In this document: piece after piece, positions 1 through 9,353 of the stretch
How the letters are laid out: every line of letters begins with the position of its first letter
Position numbering within the stretch: the first letter of the stretch is position 1
Source: Bdellovibrionia bacterium
GTDB lineage: Bacteria; Bdellovibrionota; UBA1018; JBILEK01
NCBI GenBank assembly: GCA_044352155.1
Contig: JBILEK010000002.1
Coordinates: 26,735-90,734 of the forward strand
Length of the DNA stretch: 64,000 nt
Reading direction: 5' to 3'
Notes under the pieces: generated by a model
Told to the model about the DNA's origin: nothing
What the model saw: the letters and a program-made list of their open reading frames with translations, nothing else
The model's database searches: none
Position numbers and translations under genes: made by a program

Positions 1-1544
1 AACCTGCGTCGATGCCAGGACGCACGATTGTACAGTGGGATAAAGTTGATCTTGATATTTTAGGCCTCTTAAAAATTGACGTTCTCGCCCTAGGGATGCT
101 TTCAACATTACAAAAAACTCTCTCTCTCACAGGCAAAGCTCTTCATGAGATCCCGGCAGATGACCTAAAAACCTATGAAATGATTCAAAAAGCTGACACC
201 ATCGGCACCTTTCAGATCGAATCGCGTGCCCAGATGTCGCTTCTGCCACGACTAAAGCCTCAGTGCTTCTATGATCTGGTGATTGAGATCGCACTGATGC
301 GTCCAGGACCTATCGTAGGCCAGATGGTGCATCCGTACTTACGTAGACGCCGTGGCCAAGAGCCTGTTCACTATCCCGATCCACGACTAGAGCGCATCTT
401 AGGTCGAACGCTTGGAGTGCCTCTTTTTCAAGAGCAAGTCATGCAGATGGCGATTGAGCTTGCAGGATTTAGCGCAGGCGAGGCCGATCAGCTGCGTAGA
501 GCGATCGGTGCTTTAAGATCCACTGGCTCTGTGAGCGAAATGGGCGAGCGCTTGATGAAAGGTCTTTTACGAAGTGGACTTTCTGAGCAGTACGCAAAGC
601 TCATCTACTCGCAGATTCAAGGGTTTGCAGAGTACGGATTTCCCGAAAGTCACTCAGCTTCGTTTGCCCTTCTCGCTTATGCCTCCTGCTATCTTAAGTG
701 CCATCATCCCGCTGAATTTACGATGAGTCTGATCAACTCCCAGCCGCTTGGATTTTATTCAAACCACACCCTCATTGATGATGCCAAAAGACATGGTGTT
801 TGTTTTCTGCCCGTGAGCGTGTCGGCCTCGAGTTGGGACTGCACTTTGGATCCAAGGGGCGCAATCCGTTTGGGAGCGCGCGTAATTTCTGGCTGCAGTA
901 AAGCGCAGTGGTCCACTTTGATGGAGAGACGTGAGGAGCTGCCGTTTAAATCTCTCGCCGATGTTGTTTTGCGCTCAGGGTTAAAGCGTTCGACTCTACG
1001 ATCTCTTGCGCTCACAGGCGCATTTGAGGAGTTTAAAGTGCAAACGCGTGAGGCTTTTTGGAGTCTCCTAGCACTTGAGCCCTACAGGAGAGATTTAGAA
1101 AGTGAGCAGCTTTCAATTTTCTCAAAGATCTCTTATGAGACCTCCCCCTCTCGGTTTGCGCCACAATCAGAGCTGCAAAAAATTTGGAACGACTACCAAG
1201 TCTCTGGCCTGAGCGTACGAGGTCATCCGATGCAAGAAGTGCGAAAGAACTTCTCTAGAGCCTTAGCACATACGACTCGCACGATCCGTGACCTTCAAAA
1301 CGGGACTCGTGCCTCGCTTGCGGGGCTTTGCATCCTGATGCAACGACCTCCGACTGCGCGTGGTGTCGTGTTTGCGACTCTTGAGGATGAGACAGGCTTA
1401 CTGGATTTGATTTTTTGGCCTGAAGTATTTGAGCGACACAAGGATTTAGTGCGCTCGGAGGGAGTCGTGATCGTCAGTGGAGAGGTTCAGCGGGATTTAG
1501 ATGCGGTGTCGTTTTTGGTGCGTCAGATCCGAGCACTCAGCTAA
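1..1544 (+). CDS. dnaE2: DNA polymerase III alpha-family catalytic subunit, C-terminal ~510 aa (5' end outside window); likely error-prone DnaE2/ImuC-type because ORF ends right after the OB-fold
   Basis: Conserved Pol III alpha motifs (GTFQIES, PDPRLERILGRTLGVPLFQEQVMQMA, HhH region) and C-terminal OB-fold (VVFATLEDETG...VSGEVQRD) with no tau-binding tail; reading frame open to position 1. Confidence 0.55.
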   Translation, partial: PASMPGRTIVQWDKVDLDILGLLKIDVLALGMLSTLQKTLSLTGKALHEIPADDLKTYEMIQKADTIGTFQIESRAQMSLLPRLKPQCFYDLVIEIALMRPGPIVGQMVHPYLRRRRGQEPVHYPDPRLERILGRTLGVPLFQEQVMQMAIELAGFSAGEADQLRRAIGALRSTGSVSEMGERLMKGLLRSGLSEQYAKLIYSQIQGFAEYGFPESHSASFALLAYASCYLKCHHPAEFTMSLINSQPLGFYSNHTLIDDAKRHGVCFLPVSVSASSWDCTLDPRGAIRLGARVISGCSKAQWSTLMERREELPFKSLADVVLRSGLKRSTLRSLALTGAFEEFKVQTREAFWSLLALEPYRRDLESEQLSIFSKISYETSPSRFAPQSELQKIWNDYQVSGLSVRGHPMQEVRKNFSRALAHTTRTIRDLQNGTRASLAGLCILMQRPPTARGVVFATLEDETGLLDLIFWPEVFERHKDLVRSEGVVIVSGEVQRDLDAVSFLVRQIRALS

Positions 1545-1617
1545 AAACTAAAACAAGACTGGCCACACCAAAGCGCAAAAAGTGCAAAAAATGCGGCCAG
1601 CCCATAAACCTTGACTC

Positions 1618-1926
1618 TTACCAACGTCCGCCGCGGTTACCACCACCGCCACGGTTACCACCGCCGCCTTCGCGCGGAACCATCGGCTTTGCTTCGTTGA
1701 CCGTGATCGAACGGCCATCGTAATCAGCGCCGTTAAACTTTTGGATCGCGTTTTGAGCTTCGACATCCGAGCTCATCTCTACGAATCCGAAACCTTTGCT
1801 ACGGCCAGTTTCGCGATCCATGATGATCTTTGAAGACTCAACTGTTCCGCACTGAGCGAACGCTTCGCTGAGTGACTGATCGGTTGCAGAGAAAGGAAGA
1901 TTGCCGACGTAAAGTTTTTTACCCAT
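1618..1926 (-). CDS. RRM-type RNA-binding protein with glycine-rich C-terminal tail (paralog 1)
   Basis: RNP2 LYVGNL and RNP1 KGFGFVEM motifs; GGGGNRGGGGNRGG tail. Confidence 0.85.
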   Translation of the reverse strand: MGKKLYVGNLPFSATDQSLSEAFAQCGTVESSKIIMDRETGRSKGFGFVEMSSDVEAQNAIQKFNGADYDGRSITVNEAKPMVPREGGGGNRGGGGNRGGRW

Positions 1927-2083
1927 ATGACCTCCTAAAGGCTAAGGGAGCCACTTAAGAGGATATGAGCACCATGCCCGCAGACTCAGAAGAAGCAAAT
2001 TCAAACTACGGGCGCACCCTAACAGATGCTCATCGAAGCGCATACCCGAAAGATGTTCCTTTAACTTCAAAGGCTTACGCTCT

Positions 2084-2437
2084 TTATCGATCCAGACGCC
2101 GGCCCGCGTGAAACGCAACGTGCACCCAAATCACTTTTGCGTAGTAGATCAGAAGCGGTCCAAGCAAAACCAGCTGAACGAACGGATAGTAGATCAGCAC
2201 GAAATCATCAGCCCCCCAAAGCTTAAGCGCCACGAGTGGTGGAGCCGTAAGCAACGCCGTCACCAAAAAGCCAAGCATCATCGCTCCGAGGTAATAGCCG
2301 TTTTCGGGATGAAGGTCATACGAGCAAACAGCGCAACGCCTTGCCATCTGAAAAAGTCCGGCGGTGATTTTCCCCCGCTCACACTGAGGACAGCGTGCAC
2401 GAAGGACTAATTCGAAAGTTGATTTTTTCTTGTTCAT
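2084..2437 (-). CDS. DUF983-family zinc-ribbon membrane protein
   Basis: CPQC...CAVC zinc ribbon followed by two TM helices; start moved to ATG 2437 (MNKKKS) because upstream ORF-track residues are a translation of the conserved intergenic motif. Confidence 0.6.
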   Translation of the reverse strand: MNKKKSTFELVLRARCPQCERGKITAGLFQMARRCAVCSYDLHPENGYYLGAMMLGFLVTALLTAPPLVALKLWGADDFVLIYYPFVQLVLLGPLLIYYAKVIWVHVAFHAGRRLDR

Positions 2438-2456
2438 CGTCTGGGTGACATCCCTC

Positions 2457-2482
2457 AAACTGGCTGCATCAATTGAGTAAAG
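2457..2482 (-). promoter_or_regulatory. Conserved motif copy A (CTTTACTCAATTGATGCAGCCAGTTT), ~20 bp upstream of DUF983 gene start
   Basis: 23/23 identity to copies D and E; forms inverted pair with copy B across 68 bp spacer. Confidence 0.6.
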
Positions 2483-2544
2483 CAGGCGAGACGGTTGCGT
2501 CAATACTTTGCCAACAATTACAGCACACTACACTCAATCAAACG

Positions 2545-2570
2545 CTTACCCAATTGATGAAGCCAGTTTA
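2545..2570 (+). promoter_or_regulatory. Conserved motif copy B (CTTACCCAATTGATGAAGCCAGTTTA), ~11 bp upstream of ATG at 2582
   Basis: 21/23 match to consensus; divergent partner of copy A. Confidence 0.55.
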
Positions 2571-2581
2571 TAAACTAATCT

Positions 2582-3190
2582 ATGCAACTCACTCTCTTAG
2601 CGTTTTTGACTCTTAGTTTCTTGCTCCCCTCCACGTACGCCGATCGCAAGATCAGTCAGCAACAAAAACAGCCCATTGCAAAGTGCGCGACAGTGACTGA
2701 AAAGTACTCGGGCTCAGGCAACGAGCTCTGCATCAATCGGGCGCAAATGGTGGTTCAAGGGTTCAATGAATCCAATCTCTTTGTGGGCTGCCCAGCCACA
2801 GTCATGAAGGATCTTGTCATTCAAATGGCCAAAGCCGTCCGCATGGTCAATGAGGCCTGTAAAACTGCTGAGAACAAATCCAATCAAACGCGACTGTGGG
2901 CCGATGGCTGGGGCGCGCTTGAGCAGCAGTTTGGTGGCAAAGAGGGTATTTCCAAACTGAAGTCTCTTTACGGTGCAGTGAGCTGGGGCTTTACGTGGGG
3001 CTGCGGAGCGGAGGGAAGAGATGACTCAACGATTTCAAGGACTCTTGACGCTGCGACGACCGAGCAGGGACATCTGTGCATGCACCTCCTCTCCACCTCG
3101 GTAACTGATCCAAGTCGCGATCCTGCATCGACTCACTACTGGAACCCAAAAGCCGTTTACTTAGGAAAAAAGAGCGCCAAAAGTCCCTAG
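2582..3190 (+). CDS. Secreted cysteine-containing hypothetical protein
   Basis: N-terminal signal peptide (MQLTLLAFLTLSFLLPSTYA); no recognisable domain. Confidence 0.6.
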   Translation: MQLTLLAFLTLSFLLPSTYADRKISQQQKQPIAKCATVTEKYSGSGNELCINRAQMVVQGFNESNLFVGCPATVMKDLVIQMAKAVRMVNEACKTAENKSNQTRLWADGWGALEQQFGGKEGISKLKSLYGAVSWGFTWGCGAEGRDDSTISRTLDAATTEQGHLCMHLLSTSVTDPSRDPASTHYWNPKAVYLGKKSAKSP

Positions 3191-3242
3191 GCAAAATCCA
3201 CCGACTCGCTCTCCAGGCCCTTTCTCAAGTACCCTTGAAGTT

Positions 3243-3950
3243 ATGCAACTTGGTTTAAGCAACTTATGGGCTCTGCTCTGGATCTGTTTTTCTTGGTCTG
3301 CTCATGCACAGGAGGCGGCGTGGATTTCCATTGAGCGCCAGCCTGGATTTGAAGTGTTTGAGCGCAAGGTTCCCGGAAGCGATATCATCGCTTTCAGAGG
3401 AATCGGGTTGATGAACCATCCCGTAAGACAAGTGGCCACTCTCATTTTGGATCGCTCGAATCGACCGGAGTGGGTTCCTGAACTCGGAAAAGTAACTCTC
3501 CTCTCGGGCACGCCGCTTGAGTTTCTAGAGTACTCGCACCTCAAAACGCCATTTGTAATCAAGGATCGAGACTTCGTCACACGAATCAAAATTAAACTCC
3601 TCGAAGAATCACGCTCCATTCTGATTACCAATCAAGCGGCAGGACCCGAGGTCTCAGCACCAAGCTCTCACTACATTCGAGGCGAAATCCGCGAAGCCCG
3701 CTTCCTTATTGAACCAGGCCCAACCGAAGGCACAACAAGGCTCACCGCTGAGATGCATGTCGATCCAAAGGGATCCGTTCCCAAGTGGATTGTAAATTTG
3801 TTCCAACGAGATTGGCCAAAGATGACGTTTCAGCGCCTGCGCAATTACGCTCAAAGAATGAAGCAAGAAGAGCCCCAAGAGTTCACTGAGATTTTAGGTA
3901 AGCTTGGCCCCTCTTGGCTCCAAAAAAGAACTCTGAGCTCCAACCCCTAA
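3243..3950 (+). CDS. Secreted START/SRPBCC (StAR-related lipid-transfer) domain protein
   Basis: Signal peptide then START-like pattern (VTRIKIK..., IRGEIREARFLIEP, KGSVPKWIVNLFQRDWPKMTFQRLR). Confidence 0.6.
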   Translation: MQLGLSNLWALLWICFSWSAHAQEAAWISIERQPGFEVFERKVPGSDIIAFRGIGLMNHPVRQVATLILDRSNRPEWVPELGKVTLLSGTPLEFLEYSHLKTPFVIKDRDFVTRIKIKLLEESRSILITNQAAGPEVSAPSSHYIRGEIREARFLIEPGPTEGTTRLTAEMHVDPKGSVPKWIVNLFQRDWPKMTFQRLRNYAQRMKQEEPQEFTEILGKLGPSWLQKRTLSSNP

Positions 3951-3951
3951 C

Positions 3952-4197
3952 CTACTGAGCGTAGCCAGGCCAGTCGGCTGCACGCTTCGGGTTGTGCGCG
4001 TTCCGGAGCTCCTCTTCCGTGAACACGCCCTCAGGCGGCGGCTCATCTGGTACGCTTGGTTTTTTCTTACTCTCTGGCTGCGTTGTTTTTTTGGAAACTT
4101 CTTTTTTTGAGCCTTTTTTGCTTTGTGACCAAGCGCCTGGAGCGAGCTCTATGGCCATTGATGCACTCAAAAAGAAGAAAAAAACAGATCGCATCAC
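3952..4197 (-). CDS. Small lysine/proline-rich secreted hypothetical protein
   Basis: ORF with plausible signal peptide immediately downstream of fadD; low complexity. Confidence 0.3.
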   Translation of the reverse strand: MMRSVFFFFLSASMAIELAPGAWSQSKKGSKKEVSKKTTQPESKKKPSVPDEPPPEGVFTEEELRNAHNPKRAADWPGYAQ

Positions 4198-5906
4198 TTC
4201 CCGAGGACCTCTTTGCGCAAATCTTTACGCAGGATTTTTCCAACTGGAGTCTTAGGTAGATCTTTTCGAAAGATCACTTTCTTAGGGATCTTATAAGCAG
4301 TCATGTACTGCTTGCAGTGTGCGCGAATCTGCTCTTCGCTTACGGACGGATCTCGCGCCACAACATACGCTTGAACGCTCTCACCTGAGTGCTCGTCTGG
4401 AACACCGATCACAGCGACTTCGGCTACTGAAGGATGTTTGGAGATACAGTCCTCAACCTCGTTTGGAAATACATTGAAGCCGCTCACAAGGATCATATCT
4501 TTTTTTCGATCAACGATTTTAAAGTACCCATCCGAATCCATCGTTGCGATATCGCCCGTATAGAGCCATCCATCCTTAAGAACTTTTGCCGTCTCGTCAG
4601 GACGGTTCCAGTATCCTTGCATGACTTGAGGTCCCTGAGCGACAAGCTCTCCTGGCTCTCCGAGAGGACAAACTTTACCCGAGTCATCGCGGATCTCAAT
4701 GCGAGTACTAGGCATAGGGATCCCGATGGACTCCTGTTTGATCAATCCGTCAAGCGGGTTAAACGTCAACACGGGCGAAGACTCAGTGAGGCCATAACCT
4801 TCGACAATCGATGTGCCTGTCAAGCTCTCCCACCGATCTGCAACGGACTTATGAAGCGCAGTCCCTCCAGCAACAGATGCCTTGAGGCTCTTGAAATTCA
4901 GTGAAGTAAACCAAGACTCTAGCATCAGCGCGCTATAAAGCGTGTTCACGCCTGTGATCCATGTGATTTCAAATTTCTCAAAAACCTTGCGTAAATTTGA
5001 GATCGGACGAGGCGATGGAACGAGAATGTTCTCACCCCCATACGAGAAAAAGACCAAGAAATTCACTGTAAACGCAAAGATATGATAGAGCGGCAGTGCC
5101 GTGAGAATTCGCTCCTCACCGCTTGAAACTTTAGCGCGCACGAACTCAAAAACCTGAGAGAGGTTTGAGAGCAAGTTACCATGCGTAAGCACGGCGCCTT
5201 TGCTGACTCCCGTTGTACCGCCTGTATACTGAAGGGCCGCAACCGAAGAGGGAGTAAGTCCCTTCCAGTAGTCGCTTGTTTTTTTTGAACTCGCGTGGCT
5301 TGCACCGCGCTTAAGTGCATCGGTAAAACGATCAAACGGCACAGCGCACGGAGGGACTTGCTTTTTCACATACTTAAGCACGCTCTGGATCAAAAGCTTT
5401 TTCAGCGCCGGAAAGAGATCGGGCAAACTCACCAACACGAGCTTTTCAACGTTGCGGCATGCATTCATCACTTCTTGAGCTTTGTCGCCGAACAGGTCAA
5501 TCAGCACTACCACCTGAGCGCCTGAGTCGTTGAACTGATGAATCATCTCATGCGGAGTGTAGAGCGGATTGGTGTTCACGATCACACAACCTGCTTTAAG
5601 CGTCCCCAGAGCCACGATCGGATAAGCGAGGCAGTTCGGCATCTGGATCGCGATCCGAGCTCCCTCTTTCAAGCCCAGCTCTTCACGCAGATAGAGAGCA
5701 AAATGATCCGAGAGCGCTTCAAGCTCTCGATAAGTGATTGTGGCGTGGGCTCCATTGGGTAAGCAGATTGTAAACGCTCTTTTGTCTGCGTACTTAGCGC
5801 AAACCCCAGAGGCGAGCTCCGCTAAGCTTTTTTCAGTGAACGCTGGGATCTCGAGTCGCGTTTCAGGACCATAAAATTTCTGCCAAGGTGCGGTGAATGT
5901 TGCCAT
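4194..5906 (-). CDS. fadD: Long-chain-fatty-acid--CoA ligase (AMP-binding family)
   Basis: AMP-binding motifs LQYTGGTTGVSKGAVLTHGNL, YGLTE, TGDIATMDSDGYFKIVDRKKD; ATG at 5906 (MATFT) preferred over TTG at 5921. Confidence 0.85.
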   Translation of the reverse strand: MATFTAPWQKFYGPETRLEIPAFTEKSLAELASGVCAKYADKRAFTICLPNGAHATITYRELEALSDHFALYLREELGLKEGARIAIQMPNCLAYPIVALGTLKAGCVIVNTNPLYTPHEMIHQFNDSGAQVVVLIDLFGDKAQEVMNACRNVEKLVLVSLPDLFPALKKLLIQSVLKYVKKQVPPCAVPFDRFTDALKRGASHASSKKTSDYWKGLTPSSVAALQYTGGTTGVSKGAVLTHGNLLSNLSQVFEFVRAKVSSGEERILTALPLYHIFAFTVNFLVFFSYGGENILVPSPRPISNLRKVFEKFEITWITGVNTLYSALMLESWFTSLNFKSLKASVAGGTALHKSVADRWESLTGTSIVEGYGLTESSPVLTFNPLDGLIKQESIGIPMPSTRIEIRDDSGKVCPLGEPGELVAQGPQVMQGYWNRPDETAKVLKDGWLYTGDIATMDSDGYFKIVDRKKDMILVSGFNVFPNEVEDCISKHPSVAEVAVIGVPDEHSGESVQAYVVARDPSVSEEQIRAHCKQYMTAYKIPKKVIFRKDLPKTPVGKILRKDLRKEVLGK

Positions 5907-5974
5907 AAATGTTTGTGGCAAATTCTCGCGTGATTTAACTGATTTGAAAAGTGGGAACGCTCGAGAGAAGAGGC

Positions 5975-6433
5975 TTAGTAACTACGAAACTTACAACTCA
6001 TCTCAGTGTCTTTGGCGACTCGGCGCTTTTTGACTTCGGCCGTAAGCATCGCAACGCTCTGACCCATGACCTGTGCTGCCACTGCGGGTTTGACCGTCAA
6101 ATTAAAGTCTTTACCTTCAAACACCATACTTGAGTCCATGTCGGATCGCTGCTTCTGCGTCACTTCAATGGGTTTGAATTTTGTCTCTGACGCTTCTAGA
6201 TCGTTACGCTCAATGAGATAGGCTTTTAAACCCGCACTCTCGGTGTCCACCCGAATCTCAAGCTCAAGACCATAGCCTGCATCCAACTTTGCGAGTCTGC
6301 ATTTGATCTCAGGGTCTGAGAGGTTCGACGCAAGTCTGCGCTCGGCAGACTGCTGATTCAATCCCAGAGCGATCCCCAAGAGCAGACCTAATCCGAGAGC
6401 GAATCCTGCGGGCGCGAATTTTGATTTCCACAT
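5975..6433 (-). CDS. Hypothetical exported/membrane-anchored protein
   Basis: N-terminal hydrophobic segment; no known domain. Confidence 0.45.
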   Translation of the reverse strand: MWKSKFAPAGFALGLGLLLGIALGLNQQSAERRLASNLSDPEIKCRLAKLDAGYGLELEIRVDTESAGLKAYLIERNDLEASETKFKPIEVTQKQRSDMDSSMVFEGKDFNLTVKPAVAAQVMGQSVAMLTAEVKKRRVAKDTEMSCKFRSY

Positions 6434-6558
6434 ACGCTCTCACCTCCACGTGAGACCTTAGCGACTTCTTTGGTGCCCCAGGCATCCTGAGCGCAGGGAG
6501 GATGCAATACTGGATAAATTATGTCAACTATTGAGTATAGCCTCATCTTTTCAATATC

Positions 6559-8511
6559 TTACATCAGCTCTAGGGCATCCCCCAAGATCGACGCAGCCTC
6601 TTCGACGTAAGGAGCATCGGCTTCGGTCAGTCGATCGGCTGAGCTTTTTTTAGGCTCTTTTTTCTTAAGGTCCTGAGCACTTCTCTTGCGCAGCTCGGCG
6701 AGCTTTACGATCCCTTTATTACGCTCGTACTCCTCAGACTCTTTGAAGATCTCGATAAATTTTTTGTCCTTAGACACTCGCTGCTTTGAGCGCTCAGAGA
6801 GGGACTTAATCAGGGAGGCACTCACCGGAGTGTAGCGCGACCCTGGATCAGTGGCGTTTGCCTCGCTTGAGAGAAAAGAGCTAATCGTTCGAGGCTCAAG
6901 CGAGTAATCGAGCGTTTTTTCACCCACCTCGTCTTTTGAGTAAGGAGTCGGGATAACGACATCTGCTGATACCCCCTTGTGCTGCGAGGTGGAGCCTCCC
7001 GGCAAGAAGTACATTCCGGTCGTCACTTTCATCGCTCCTAAATCTCCTGGAAGGGAGTGAAGAATCTGAACGCTACCTTTGCCAAAGGTATGGTCAGAAC
7101 CTACAACAATCGCGCGCTGATAGTCTTTCAGTGCTCCTGCAAGGATCTCAGACGCCGAGGCTGAGAGCCGACTGGTGAGCAAAACGAGCGGTCCATTATA
7201 CAGAGTCTCCTCGTCACGATCCGAGAGGACTTCGACTTTGCGCTGAGTGTTCTGCGTCGCTACCACACCTCCCTTACGTATAAATAGACCCGCCATCTTT
7301 ACGGCATCATCAAGAAGTCCGCCCCCGTTTCGAAACAAGTTGATCACGAGACCTTCGACCTTGTTTTTTCTGGCTTCGATGACGAGCTTACGTACGTCCT
7401 CGTAAGAGGATCGCTGACCTGATCGGCCATCGCCGTAAAAAGAAGGGAGCGTGATCACTCCGATCTTTGCAACTCGAGGTCCCACCTTACGATTGAGGTA
7501 AGTGAGCTTTGCAGCTTGATCCTGCATATTGATCTTATCGCGCACGAGCGTTACTTCGAGTCGCTCTAACTGGTCAGACTGGCGCAAAATCGTGAGGGTC
7601 ACTTTTGTGCCCTTTTTTCCTCGAATGAGCTTCACTACATCCTGAAGGTCCATGTCGATCACGTTCACTGGCTTTTGACCTTCTTGCTGAACTGCGATGA
7701 TCTTATCGCGAGGCCGTACGAGCTTAGAGCGAGCTGCACTCCCACCGGGAATAATCTCTTCAACAATCGTATAACCATCCTCAGAGCTCAGTGCCGCTCC
7801 GATCCCCTCGAGCGAGAGACGCATTTGGATTTGAAAATCCTCTAAGCTATCGCGAGACATGAAACTCGAATGAGGATCAAGTGCTAGCGAGAATGCGCTT
7901 GCGAAAGTGTTGATCATGTCTTTTTTTCGCTCGCCCACACGCTTGGTCGCGAGCTCATATCGATGGACGAGTTGCTTACGCGCGTCGGGAAGCTTTGTAT
8001 CCGCAAGTAAGTAGTTCGACATATTGAAGTGCATCATTTTTTTTTGATACTCGAACTTCTCGTCATTTGATTTCGGGTAGGAGCGCTTTTGTGGATCCAA
8101 AACGAACTCGACGTTCTCGTCGAGCTTGTATTTATCGTCCAAGAACTTTCGCGCAAAATCCTCGCTCTCTTTTGAGCGCTCAAGCCACTTGATTTGAGCA
8201 CGCTCCAAGGGAGTGCAGTTGCCTGATCGCATCGTTTCAAAAAGAGTAGCAATATCCGATTCCATCGCTTTCACATCACTCTCAAGCAAGGTCGTCTTTG
8301 AGCCGTCGATCATCTTGATGAACTGGGAGACGGTTCGCGACTTTACCAGCGGCGAGAGCTCTTGAACGGAGTAGTGATTTTTTAAGTAGATATCAAAGAG
8401 CGCTGGCAAGTCCTGACACTCCAACCCCACTGAAGCGCGCGCGTGCGTAGGGAGAAGCGGGAGCAGAACGAGCGTAAGGATCGAGACCATGGGCCGAGAA
8501 AAGATGTGCAT
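6559..8511 (-). CDS. ctpA: C-terminal processing (tail-specific) peptidase, family S41, with PDZ domain
   Basis: S41 signature region GLVINLFRNGGGLLDDAVKMAGLFI, PDZ segment, signal peptide from ATG 8511 (MHIFSRPMVSILTLVLLPLL). Confidence 0.85.
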   Translation of the reverse strand: MHIFSRPMVSILTLVLLPLLPTHARASVGLECQDLPALFDIYLKNHYSVQELSPLVKSRTVSQFIKMIDGSKTTLLESDVKAMESDIATLFETMRSGNCTPLERAQIKWLERSKESEDFARKFLDDKYKLDENVEFVLDPQKRSYPKSNDEKFEYQKKMMHFNMSNYLLADTKLPDARKQLVHRYELATKRVGERKKDMINTFASAFSLALDPHSSFMSRDSLEDFQIQMRLSLEGIGAALSSEDGYTIVEEIIPGGSAARSKLVRPRDKIIAVQQEGQKPVNVIDMDLQDVVKLIRGKKGTKVTLTILRQSDQLERLEVTLVRDKINMQDQAAKLTYLNRKVGPRVAKIGVITLPSFYGDGRSGQRSSYEDVRKLVIEARKNKVEGLVINLFRNGGGLLDDAVKMAGLFIRKGGVVATQNTQRKVEVLSDRDEETLYNGPLVLLTSRLSASASEILAGALKDYQRAIVVGSDHTFGKGSVQILHSLPGDLGAMKVTTGMYFLPGGSTSQHKGVSADVVIPTPYSKDEVGEKTLDYSLEPRTISSFLSSEANATDPGSRYTPVSASLIKSLSERSKQRVSKDKKFIEIFKESEEYERNKGIVKLAELRKRSAQDLKKKEPKKSSADRLTEADAPYVEEAASILGDALELM

Positions 8512-8585
8512 AGAACCAAAGTGTACCAATCCAAGTGCATGGGTTCGAGCGAAGATTGAACCGTGCCAGCACTCTGACACAAGCT

Positions 8586-9257
8586 CTAACGGCAGCTCTC
8601 GTAGTTCCAGTCCAGTCCTGCCAACCCGCGCAAAACCCACCCTTCAAGATCAGAGTCGGCGCGCACATAAAGCCAGTCTTGCGGATTTTGTGGGGGCTCT
8701 TGGATTTCCCATAAAATTCCTACTCCGTTCGTTGCCGTGTACTCTCTTCCGGAGTGCCAAAATTTTTCGACCGTATCGTGCAAAAATCCAATCAAGTTCA
8801 AACGATCTCCTGGTCGGATTGCGCTGTAGCGAGGATCTTTCGAAACTTGCGTCACTTTTCCGACACCCACGGCGTCGATCACGTAGTAGGACTTTATGGA
8901 GCGCACGAGGTCATCGGTTCGAATCATCGAAAGCACAGGCAAAGCCATGTCTGGGCCCGCGCGAAGAGGCGTTTCTTCAAGGACCTTATCTGAGCGAGTC
9001 TCAGGACAGCAGTCCATCGTGCAGATGCCCTCGAGAATCTGTTTTCCAGTGGGTGAGGGCACTGGCTTGATGGGCTGACTGGGCGGAGGCTGCAGAGCGT
9101 TTTGAGGTTTTTCAGATGGCTTTGAAACGACTTCCACGGTTTCGGGCTCTTGCTCAACGCTCGGGGGCTCTATGGTTTTAGGCTTTTTTAAGAGAAGCCA
9201 TCCTCCAACGACCACGAGCGCCACTCCCGCGATTGATCCGTAACCTTTGCGACTCAT
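8586..9257 (-). CDS. Membrane-anchored hypothetical protein with proline-rich linker
   Basis: Start placed at ATG 9257 (MSRKGYGSIAGVALVVVGGWLLL TM helix); PxP-rich linker then ~150 aa globular domain. Confidence 0.5.
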   Translation of the reverse strand: MSRKGYGSIAGVALVVVGGWLLLKKPKTIEPPSVEQEPETVEVVSKPSEKPQNALQPPPSQPIKPVPSPTGKQILEGICTMDCCPETRSDKVLEETPLRAGPDMALPVLSMIRTDDLVRSIKSYYVIDAVGVGKVTQVSKDPRYSAIRPGDRLNLIGFLHDTVEKFWHSGREYTATNGVGILWEIQEPPQNPQDWLYVRADSDLEGWVLRGLAGLDWNYESCR

Positions 9258-9353
9258 CTTGGCTTTTAGAGTATCTGAAGCCCACGCGTGAAACGAAGCA
9301 TTAAAACCATCCTCGCTCTTGACGCTAAGCCACCGCAATGGGATCGAACCTTC

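Noticed and set aside
1545-1617. Possible terminator downstream of RRM paralog 1
   Set aside because: There are only short imperfect stems (CTGGCC…GGCCAG) with a long loop and no clean T-run, so it is not convincing.
2108-2410. 100-aa plus-strand ORF antisense to the DUF983 gene, and many other 60-170 aa ORFs embedded antisense in long genes (e.g. 4434-4904, 8489-9070, 12336-12977, 35259-35762, 59781-60494)
   Set aside because: They lie fully inside well-supported genes on the opposite strand and have skewed, low-complexity composition. They are typical GC-rich shadow ORFs.
2457-2482. Reading the motif's reverse complement (cTGGCtgcatcaaTTGAg) as a sigma-54 -24/-12 promoter
   Set aside because: The spacing between GG and the would-be GC is off by one, and the -12 element is GA rather than GC, so it is not a convincing RpoN site.
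2438-2503. N-terminal 22 residues of ORF-track DUF983 protein (MTQPSRLLYSIDAASL…) and ORF 45187-45396
   Set aside because: These residues are translations of the conserved intergenic motif itself. The real start is the downstream ATG (2437).
2455-2575. Interpreting the inverted motif pairs (2457-2570 and 45260-45386) as MITEs or IS terminal inverted repeats
   Set aside because: The ~70 bp interiors of the two pairs share no sequence similarity. There are no target-site duplications or transposase genes, and the copies are positioned relative to gene starts. An operator or promoter role is more parsimonious.
6508-6540. Possible seventh, degenerate motif copy (rc: TATACTCAATAGTTGACATAATTTATCCAGTA), ~75 bp upstream of the minus-strand gene at 5975-6433
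   Set aside because: It matches only the TACTCAAT and CCAGT cores with a 7-bp insertion between them. An 8-mer match is expected ~2 times by chance in 64 kb, so it is too weak to count.
8037-8045. T9 (A9 on the coding strand) homopolymer inside the S41 protease gene
   Set aside because: It encodes QKKM in frame. It is a potential slippage site, but there is no evidence of a frameshift, so it is not worth a finding.
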